DNA of 32,000 bases from Candidatus Jordarchaeales archaeon (GTDB taxonomy: Archaea; Asgardarchaeota; Jordiarchaeia; Jordiarchaeales; Freyrarchaeaceae), in NCBI GenBank assembly GCA_038889235.1, contig JAWAHN010000002.1, forward strand, positions 194,356 through 226,355, in the 5' to 3' direction. Each line of letters opens with the position of its first letter. The stretch's first letter is position 1. The notes below the pieces were generated by a model. The model was not told where the DNA came from. It did not search any database and was given only the letters and a program-made list of their open reading frames with translations. The position numbers and the translations under genes are program-made. Below are positions 25,198 to 32,000 of the stretch, piece after piece.

Positions 25198-26277
25198 CTA
25201 CCTGGTTATCTCGGCGCTTTTGACTCTTTCATAAAGTTCCCTCGCCTTTTTATCCTCCTCGAAGTGTCTCCTTATCGGACTTATTATCTCGTCAAGATAC
25301 CTCGCAACTGCCTCCTTAAGGTCTAAGGGGTGTATCTCTCCTTTAACATATGCCTCTTTCAGCTCACTGTATGAAGTAAACGTTAGCGCCTCCTTCCCTT
25401 TCCTCTCGACAGTTACCTCCTTAAATTTCTCGAAGATTATCTTCTCCATTAGATCCATGACAGGATTCCCTTCAACCACTTTTGGAGGGCAGAAAGCGTT
25501 GCGGATTTTCCTCCATATTTCCTCTCTTGAATCATGGATGAATATAGCTGACTCTGGCACGCTTTTACTCATCTTGGAGCTTATCATGAAGTCTATTTTC
25601 TCGTCCTCGTCAAACCCTTCTCTCGCTCCTGGTTTAAGCCCCAAAAGAAGCGGGTGGTGGACCGCTATAGGCTTACGCATTCCTAGTATTGGAGCAATTT
25701 CCCTGGCAAGCATGTTAACTTTCCGCTGGTCTATGCCGAGCTGGCATATGTCCACTTCAAGCTGGAATATGTCAGCGCATTGCATTACGGGGTAGAACAG
25801 GAATGCTGTCGGGTTTGAAACACTCTCCTTTCTACCAGCGATAGTGAGAGCCCTCATCGTCCTGCTCACAGTCACATTCTTCGCAATTGTTATGACTTTC
25901 CTCCAGTACTCTGGATCGTCAAAGTGATCCTTGTGCCAGACAATCTCCACCTTGCTTAAGTCCACTCCCGCCGCCTTCCAAACCTCTACAAAGTACCTTC
26001 CAGCGTCCCTTATCTTCTCAATGTCCCCTCCAAGTTTATTATTGATCCAAGCGAAGCTATCCGCCAGCAATATCTTGAACCTTATGCCTGCCTTCATGAG
26101 CTTCTCGAGTATTATGGGTCTGTAGACTGCAACTGGAAGGTGGGCGAGCCCTGAAGGCTCAAACCCGTCGTACGCCACGGGTTTATCATTGACTTCGAAG
26201 AGCTCCCTCAGCTCTTTTTCGGTCACTATCTCGACGCTACAACTCTTAACCAGCTGTACCTTCTCTTCAACGTCCAT
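25198..26277 (-). CDS. tyrS: tyrosine--tRNA ligase (archaeal type)
   Basis: AYDGFEPSGLAH, YPVMQCADIF, GIDQRKVNMLARE, KMSKS, RNAFCPP. Confidence 0.95.
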   Translation of the reverse strand: MDVEEKVQLVKSCSVEIVTEKELRELFEVNDKPVAYDGFEPSGLAHLPVAVYRPIILEKLMKAGIRFKILLADSFAWINNKLGGDIEKIRDAGRYFVEVWKAAGVDLSKVEIVWHKDHFDDPEYWRKVITIAKNVTVSRTMRALTIAGRKESVSNPTAFLFYPVMQCADIFQLEVDICQLGIDQRKVNMLAREIAPILGMRKPIAVHHPLLLGLKPGAREGFDEDEKIDFMISSKMSKSVPESAIFIHDSREEIWRKIRNAFCPPKVVEGNPVMDLMEKIIFEKFKEVTVERKGKEALTFTSYSELKEAYVKGEIHPLDLKEAVARYLDEIISPIRRHFEEDKKARELYERVKSAEITR

Positions 26278-26320
26278 ACATGTTCCCCCAAATGAAGGTA
26301 ACGTTTCAAGAATAACACTT

Positions 26321-26352
26321 TTACTGATACTTTTATTTACCGATACTTTTAA
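26321..26352. repeat. 16-bp tandem near-direct repeat TTACYGATACTTTTAW in tyrS/PAP2 divergent promoter
   Basis: TTACTGATACTTTTAT followed by TTACCGATACTTTTAA (14/16 identical). Confidence 0.6.
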
Positions 26353-26391
26353 ACTAGGTGAAAAACATGAGACGGGTTTCAGGTGGTTTAA

Positions 26392-27462
26392 ATGAACTAC
26401 TGGTGGGACTTAATAACTACACACTACGTTCAAGGCTCTTTTTGGACTCCGTGGGGTTTCATGAAGCTTCCGTCATTGCTTGACGGCATAATGCAGGTGA
26501 TCTCTCAACTCGGAGAAGAAGCAGTGTGGATACTAGTAGTTTCACTGCTCTTTTGGGTTGGATACAAGAGGGAAAGTCTCTACCTAGGCTCCCTAATATT
26601 TGTCAATGCGGTGATAAATCTGTGGTTGAAGTATACCATTTACAGGATGAGACCAACATGGTATGAAGCATTTATCTTTCACGATTCTTCTGGTCCATCG
26701 ATGCCTAGCGGCCACGCTCAGCTAACGGCGGCGGCAAGCTTTTACACAGCTAGAACAGTTTCCAGGAAGCTTAAGGCAATGAACAAGGCAGCCGAGAAAG
26801 GCACCATCATGACAAAGAATGGCGTCATTTTGTATTTCTTAGCGCTAATTTTGACCATCTTAGTATCACTAAGCAGAGTGTACCTAGGTGTGCACTGGCC
26901 GACCGACGTGATAGCTGGAAGCATCATGGGATTTACCGTATTCGCGTTTTACTCCGCGCTTGCCGAGCGCGTCTGGCGCGCTGTGAAACCTCGCCTTCCG
27001 ACAAGCATGCTGTCAAAGTGTGTTGCAGTAGTGTTGCTTGGTGTTGCTATAGGAGTTTTGACGCCCCCATCATGGGAGGTGGGGTGGCGTGCTGGCGGCT
27101 TCCTAGCAGGCCTATTCGTAGGCGCGGCACTAGAAGCAGAAACTGTAAAGCTCAGTGAACCTAAAACATTGAGGTACGCCTGCGTGAGGGTGATAGTTGG
27201 CCTCCTGGCCCTTTCTTTGCTCGCTTTTGTAGCAGATGAAATCTATTCCGGGATAACCGCCCCCATTGACCTAACGGAGCTGCTATTAGGTTTCTTCATA
27301 ATCCCGAGCCAGCTCCTACCCTGGACTAGCTTGATAGCGATAGTCCTTCTGGAACCCTTCATGCACCCCTTTTTCGGCGCCGTTCAGTTCCCCCTCTACG
27401 CTTTAATAGGGTTATGGATCAGCTTAGCAGCACCCTATGTTTTCAAAGTCCTCCGACTTTGA
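26392..27462 (+). CDS. PAP2 family membrane phosphatase
   Basis: C1 KxxxxRxRP, C2 PSGH, C3 SRVYLGVHWPTD, plus multiple TM helices. Confidence 0.9.
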   Translation: MNYWWDLITTHYVQGSFWTPWGFMKLPSLLDGIMQVISQLGEEAVWILVVSLLFWVGYKRESLYLGSLIFVNAVINLWLKYTIYRMRPTWYEAFIFHDSSGPSMPSGHAQLTAAASFYTARTVSRKLKAMNKAAEKGTIMTKNGVILYFLALILTILVSLSRVYLGVHWPTDVIAGSIMGFTVFAFYSALAERVWRAVKPRLPTSMLSKCVAVVLLGVAIGVLTPPSWEVGWRAGGFLAGLFVGAALEAETVKLSEPKTLRYACVRVIVGLLALSLLAFVADEIYSGITAPIDLTELLLGFFIIPSQLLPWTSLIAIVLLEPFMHPFFGAVQFPLYALIGLWISLAAPYVFKVLRL

Positions 27463-28936
27463 CTCCCTGGTTATTCCCAGCCTTCAAGCTCTCCCTTTTT
27501 TTCCTATATTTGACGTATTCGACTATCTTAGAAAGAGTGCTTGCCGCTGTCTCTATAGTCGGGTAAACTACCGCTCCTTTCTCACTAGCTTTTGCGACGA
27601 CTTCCATGTCCGTAGTAGCAGTAACCGCAACCACCGGTTTACCATATTTCTTGATAAGCTCGACCATGTACTCCATGCTTTTCTCGTCTGTTTTCGAAAT
27701 CCACTCTCTAACGACATCGCCTCCCTCTCTACGGTATAACCCTCCAAACGCCCCTGCAAACGCTCCACTCCCAACAATAAACCCTAGAGCAACAACTATG
27801 TCAACGTTCACGTCACCCGCTATTATGTCCAAGCATGAAGGCTGTATGCTCCTATCAAAGACCCCTACTAGGTCAACCGGGTTTCCCTTACTCCAGTAGG
27901 GGGGAAGAATACTGTTTAGCTTTTCTATAGTTTCATCGCTCAGAGAAGTAACCTCTAACCCTGCCTCTTCGAAGGCGTCTGAAGCGACGACTCCATACCC
28001 GCCTCCCCAGGTCATTATACCAACACGGTTCCCTTTAGGTAACGGAAGGTTCACAAAACTCTTGGCCAAATCCAGCATCTCGTTGACCGTTGAAGCTTGA
28101 ACGACTCCGGTCTGCTTGAAGACTGCTTTCACCACTTCATTTGGAGAAAACAACGCCCCGCTGTGAGACCTAGCAGCTCTAAACCCCGCCCGCGTCCTAC
28201 CAGCTTTATAAACCACGATGGGCTTCTTTTCTGAGACCTCCTCAGCTACTCTCATAAACTTCCTTCCACTTTTTATCCCTTCAACATACAACAAGATGAC
28301 TTTCACGTTAGGATCTAACCCAAAGTACTCCAAGTACTCGTGGCACTCTATGTCCGCCTCATTACCACTACTCACAAACTTATTGAAGCCAACCCCCACA
28401 CTTGAACCAAAACCAAGCAGGTTCGTTCCAATGTTTCCGCTCTGGCTAATCAGCGCCACTTCTCCTTTTCGAGGAGACACTGGGGGCATCAGAGCGCAAA
28501 GATTGACAGATGCACTGTAAACCCCCATGGTATTCGGCCCGACCAGAAGCAACCCACCTCTTCTCGCTATCCTCACGACCTCTCTTTCAAGCTCCTCGCC
28601 CCTCACCCCTGTCTCCCTGAAACCTCCAGCTATGGCTATCGCAGCCTTAACACCCGCCTCAACACATTCTTCAACATGTTGAGGGACGGTCTCTGCGGGT
28701 CTTGCTATCACTGCAAGATCAACTTCATCCTTTATGTCCTTGATGTTCGGGTAAGCCTTAATGTTGAGAACCTTTTCCTCGCCCGGATTCACAGGGTAAA
28801 TTTTCCCATTAAAACCATAGGACACTATGTTAGCAAGAATAATACAACCCCACTTTGTAGGATTGTTTGAGGCACCTATCACCGCGACCGAGCGCGGCTC
28901 GAAAATCGGCTTAAGATCTCTACAGCTGGAGTCCAC
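27443..28936 (-). CDS. ADP-forming acyl-CoA synthetase (acetate--CoA ligase type) alpha subunit
   Basis: FEPRSVAVIGAS CoA-binding fold, LVGPNTMG, SQSG, GNEAD, YKAGRT, phospho-His SHSG, NPVDL. GTG 28936 after GGTGGTG preferred over TTG 29005. Confidence 0.88.
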   Translation of the reverse strand: MDSSCRDLKPIFEPRSVAVIGASNNPTKWGCIILANIVSYGFNGKIYPVNPGEEKVLNIKAYPNIKDIKDEVDLAVIARPAETVPQHVEECVEAGVKAAIAIAGGFRETGVRGEELEREVVRIARRGGLLLVGPNTMGVYSASVNLCALMPPVSPRKGEVALISQSGNIGTNLLGFGSSVGVGFNKFVSSGNEADIECHEYLEYFGLDPNVKVILLYVEGIKSGRKFMRVAEEVSEKKPIVVYKAGRTRAGFRAARSHSGALFSPNEVVKAVFKQTGVVQASTVNEMLDLAKSFVNLPLPKGNRVGIMTWGGGYGVVASDAFEEAGLEVTSLSDETIEKLNSILPPYWSKGNPVDLVGVFDRSIQPSCLDIIAGDVNVDIVVALGFIVGSGAFAGAFGGLYRREGGDVVREWISKTDEKSMEYMVELIKKYGKPVVAVTATTDMEVVAKASEKGAVVYPTIETAASTLSKIVEYVKYRKKRESLKAGNNQGVKVGGL

Positions 28937-29157
28937 CAGGACACCACCACCTTTCACGGCTGAGAACCTTTCTTCGATTCCTCCTTCTCTATTCTCGGGC
29001 TGCAAACGCTCTGTAAGAAGTTCTTCACTAATTTCTCACAATTCAGCCGGGTTCTAGTAACATGTCCTCGAGAGGTATTTAAAAATCGTTACCTTCCCTC
29101 TTCATGAAACTAACGACCTTTAAATATGGGGAAAAGGGAAAGTTTTTGGGGTGTGTA

Positions 29158-29535
29158 ATGAAGCTTCCATGTGAAATCGTAATATGGTACCTCCTTCCAG
29201 CAATCCGCGCCGCTTTGGCTAGAGAGCTTGCCAACCTAGGCTTATCTCAAAGGGATATATCAGAAAAGCTCGGCGTGTCTGAGGCCGCTGTCTCTCAATA
29301 CATAAAGGGAAAGCGAGGTAAAAAGATAGATCTCACAGCCGAAGTCTACGAAATAGTGCGCGAGACCGCGAAGTCTATATCCTTAGGTACATCCATCATG
29401 GACGTTTACCGAAAAACCTGCAGCATATGCCTGGAACTCAGAAGGAAATCTCTCATGTGCAATTTGCACAAAACGCTGGACACTGTTCCAGAAAGCTGCG
29501 ACCTCTGCCCCTGCCTTTTAGATACTTCTAGATAA
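29158..29535 (+). CDS. HTH transcriptional regulator with Cys-rich C-terminus (COG2522-like)
   Basis: MKLPCE...LPAIRAALAREL, SQRDISEKLGVSEAAVSQYIKGKRG HTH, CxxC...CxxH...CxxC. Start ATG 29158. Confidence 0.82.
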   Translation: MKLPCEIVIWYLLPAIRAALARELANLGLSQRDISEKLGVSEAAVSQYIKGKRGKKIDLTAEVYEIVRETAKSISLGTSIMDVYRKTCSICLELRRKSLMCNLHKTLDTVPESCDLCPCLLDTSR

Positions 29536-29656
29536 ATTGTGAATGCATTGTCTTTGTACATCCTTTCTATGAGGGGAGGAGAAAGGGAGAAACCCTTAAG
29601 ATTTTTACCCGTTCTCTTTTACTGTCAAGAGTTCATCTTCCTTCTGAGAGAAGGGG

Positions 29657-30406
29657 GTGTTCCTATTGGAGGGCAAGAAGAGTAATCCTCCCAACCTTCT
29701 TTTGAGACTAGGCGTAAACATATTCTTAGCTGGCGTGTTATCAATACCTTTCTCCATTATAACAGCTATCCTAGCGTACTATGTCGTAGTTGAGTTACTG
29801 GACCTACATGTATCCGTAGTTATAGGCTTAGCCCCATTGTATTACTTGGTTGCGAAGTGGTGTTTCAAGTTCCTCTTCTTAGTTCTAGTTAAAGCACAAT
29901 TGAAACCCGTTGAAGAAGGATACTTTGAAGCAGACTTTGGGAACAAAAATGTTAGGAATTGGCTAATAAACATCTCACTCATAGATGCCGTAAAATATTT
30001 CGTCGGAAACCCACCGCTAGGCCAAACATTCCTAAGACCTCCTCTCTACAGGTTCCTCGGAGCAAGGCTTGGCAAAGCAACCTCTCTGGACGAAGTCACC
30101 GACCCGTACCTCTTAGAAATGGATGACGGCGCAATTGCAGGCGGCCGCTCCTTTATAATAACACACATCTCGAGGAACGGTGGGCTTTACCTTAAAAAAG
30201 TGAAAATAGGTCGCGGCGCGCTCGTAGGGGTGTCTTCGATAGTAATGCCAGGAGTTGAAGTAGGTGAGGGAGCAGTAGTAGCAGCCGGCTCTCTCGTTCC
30301 AGCGGACACAAAAATACCTCCATACACCTTATGGGCTGGTGTACCGGCAAAACAAGTAAAATCACTAAAAAGTGAACAGAAGACGTGTGAAGGAGACGTC
30401 GCCTAG
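29657..30406 (+). CDS. membrane-anchored hexapeptide-repeat (LbH) acyltransferase-like protein
   Basis: Two N-terminal TM helices, LYRFLGARLG, then IGRGALVGVSSIVMPGVEVGEGAVVAAGSLV repeats and WAGVPAK. Confidence 0.8.
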   Translation: MFLLEGKKSNPPNLLLRLGVNIFLAGVLSIPFSIITAILAYYVVVELLDLHVSVVIGLAPLYYLVAKWCFKFLFLVLVKAQLKPVEEGYFEADFGNKNVRNWLINISLIDAVKYFVGNPPLGQTFLRPPLYRFLGARLGKATSLDEVTDPYLLEMDDGAIAGGRSFIITHISRNGGLYLKKVKIGRGALVGVSSIVMPGVEVGEGAVVAAGSLVPADTKIPPYTLWAGVPAKQVKSLKSEQKTCEGDVA

Positions 30407-31104
30407 TGGGGGATGTGTTCGAAGTGAAACCAATAAAGGTTATTGAAGGTGTATTCCTGGTCGGCGGTGCAGGACTTTCTGACGACGCTGATTGCTGTGT
30501 CTACCTAATAGATGCGGATGGACGCCTCGTATTAATTGACTCTGGTGTCGGGGTAAACACTGAATTGATAGTTGAAAACATAGAGGATATCGGTTACAGC
30601 CCTGAAAACATAGAATATTTGGTAGGAACGCATAGGCACATAGATCATATCGGCGGAAATAGGTTCTTCAAAGATTCCTTCGACTGCAAAATAATCATGC
30701 ACGAATTGGACGCTGAAGCCGTGGAGTCCGGAGACCAATTTACGACTGGAGCAATGCTGTACGGCGTAAAACTCAACCCATGCAGAGTTGACGTGAAAAT
30801 CAGCCAGACGGTAAGCCTACCGGTCGGTGATCTAGAACTCAAATTAATTCACACCCCAGGGCATACGCCGGGAAGCATAAGCGTACTCCTAGAGAAAGAA
30901 GGTAAGCGAATACTTTTCGGCCAAGATATACACGGGCCGATAGACCCTTCATGGGGATCAGACATCAAGCAATATTGTGAATCGATGAAACTCTTGCTCT
31001 CCCTCAATGCCGACATACTGTGCGAGGGTCATTTTGGCGTTTTCAGCTCTCCTGGAAAAGTCAAGTCATTTATAGAACGGTACATGCACATCTATGGATG
31101 TTAG
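30406..31104 (+). CDS. MBL-fold metallo-hydrolase
   Basis: LIDSG, THRHIDHIGG, HTPGHTPGS, EGH. Confidence 0.9.
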   Translation: MGDVFEVKPIKVIEGVFLVGGAGLSDDADCCVYLIDADGRLVLIDSGVGVNTELIVENIEDIGYSPENIEYLVGTHRHIDHIGGNRFFKDSFDCKIIMHELDAEAVESGDQFTTGAMLYGVKLNPCRVDVKISQTVSLPVGDLELKLIHTPGHTPGSISVLLEKEGKRILFGQDIHGPIDPSWGSDIKQYCESMKLLLSLNADILCEGHFGVFSSPGKVKSFIERYMHIYGC

Positions 31105-31131
31105 TGGGCGCCTGAGAGATTTTCTCGTGCA

Positions 31132-32000
31132 TCACTTCCCGCTTTTTTCGGCATACTTTTCTATGGCTTCGAAGTTAACCTGTACCCCTAATCCCGGTTC
31201 TTTTGGTACTAAGGCGTATCCATCACGCACCTCTATAGGCTTCTCCAGCAGGTAGAATTCGTCCGGGTAAAGTGGGTACTCCATATAGTTCGAATTATAC
31301 GTTGCTGCAATCACTTGGAGATTCGCGGCCATAACTAATCCGAACCCGAAGATGTGTGGAATAGACTGCACTCCGTAGGCTTCAGCTAAAGCCGCTATCT
31401 TCTTGCACTGAAGTATCCCCCCACACCTCGTGGCGTCAGGCTGAACTATGTCGTAAGCCCCCATGTCTAGAATTTCCTTAAACCTGAAAAGTGAAAAGTC
31501 GTTTTCCCCTCCAGCTATCTCTACAGCTGAACGCGCCCTCAGCTCGGAAAGCGCCGCTAAATTGTCTGATGGAAGCGGCTCTTCGAGCCACCTCACATCA
31601 TACCTGTCACATATTTCGGAGAGTTTCACAGCCTCTCTTATCTCGTTGTAAGCCGAGTTCGCGTCAACCATTATCTCGAGGTCTGGGTGCTCCTCCCTGA
31701 CAGTTTTTATGATTTCCTCATCTTTCTTCAATCCCTCGCCTATCCTGAGCTTAACCGCCTGGAAACTCCTCTTCCTGGCAGTTTCAGCCATCTGGCTTGC
31801 CGCCTTCGGCGTCAGAGCAAACGGAAAACTAGCATACGCTTTAACTTTCTCCTTAAATCCTCCAAGTAGCCTGTAGACAGGTGTCTTTAGGGCTTTCCCA
31901 ACTACATCCCACAACGCGCACTCCACGGCGCTCGTAGCCTGAGCAATACCCAGCAAAATCCTGTTACAAGTGTTGTACATATCCCTCCAGATAGCCTCAA
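31132..32000 (-). CDS. mandelate racemase/muconate lactonizing enzyme family protein (5'-truncated)
   Basis: SAVECALWD, KLRIG, MVDAN, WLEEP, AGGEND, VQPDATRCGGI. The frame stays open to the window edge (EAIWRD precedes the track's ATG 31980). Confidence 0.9.
   Translation of the reverse strand, partial: EAIWRDMYNTCNRILLGIAQATSAVECALWDVVGKALKTPVYRLLGGFKEKVKAYASFPFALTPKAASQMAETARKRSFQAVKLRIGEGLKKDEEIIKTVREEHPDLEIMVDANSAYNEIREAVKLSEICDRYDVRWLEEPLPSDNLAALSELRARSAVEIAGGENDFSLFRFKEILDMGAYDIVQPDATRCGGILQCKKIAALAEAYGVQSIPHIFGFGLVMAANLQVIAATYNSNYMEYPLYPDEFYLLEKPIEVRDGYALVPKEPGLGVQVNFEAIEKYAEKSGK

Noticed and set aside
952-31869. Many short antisense or alternate-frame ORFs in the track (e.g. 952..1191, 4065..4463, 5615..5932, 20362..20610, 27606..27899)
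   Set aside because: All lie within well-supported genes on another strand or frame and have no recognisable motifs; shadow ORFs.
1-32000. CRISPR array, IS elements, Sec/Pyl read-through or frameshifted genes
   Set aside because: No regularly spaced repeats or transposase motifs seen; genes reach family-typical lengths, and sequence after the TAG/TGA stops I checked does not continue a domain.

Overview
Gene-dense archaeal chromosome segment (roughly mid-40s % GC by spot counts) with no CRISPR array, transposase, integrase or rRNA. Housekeeping and metabolic genes: a 5'-truncated Lrp/AsnC regulator, GGGP synthase, a pheA-cofG-cofH operon, Alba, purB, nreA, asnS, valS, tyrS, aRF1, an acyl-CoA dehydrogenase with an extra C-terminal winged-helix-like domain, an ADP-forming acyl-CoA synthetase alpha subunit and several hydrolases/transferases. 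There is also a tRNA-Ile(GAU) with a 20-nt BHB intron at non-canonical position 30/31. The window holds two longin-type proteins, one roadblock/LC7 protein, one probable divergent roadblock-fold protein coupled to a ~7-TM protein, and two V4R/MetOD1-like proteins. This density of longin/roadblock genes suggests an Asgard archaeon (inference, not verified). Best leads: (i) roadblock-linked sensory modules with no GTPase in the window, (ii) a longin + split-domain + coiled-coil hairpin protein, (iii) the non-canonical tRNA intron, (iv) the ACAD-wHTH fusion, (v) a 17-bp palindrome shared by two promoters, (vi) a kb-scale saw-tooth G+T strand skew that resets at intergenic spacers. All domain calls are motif recognition by eye; no searches were run.
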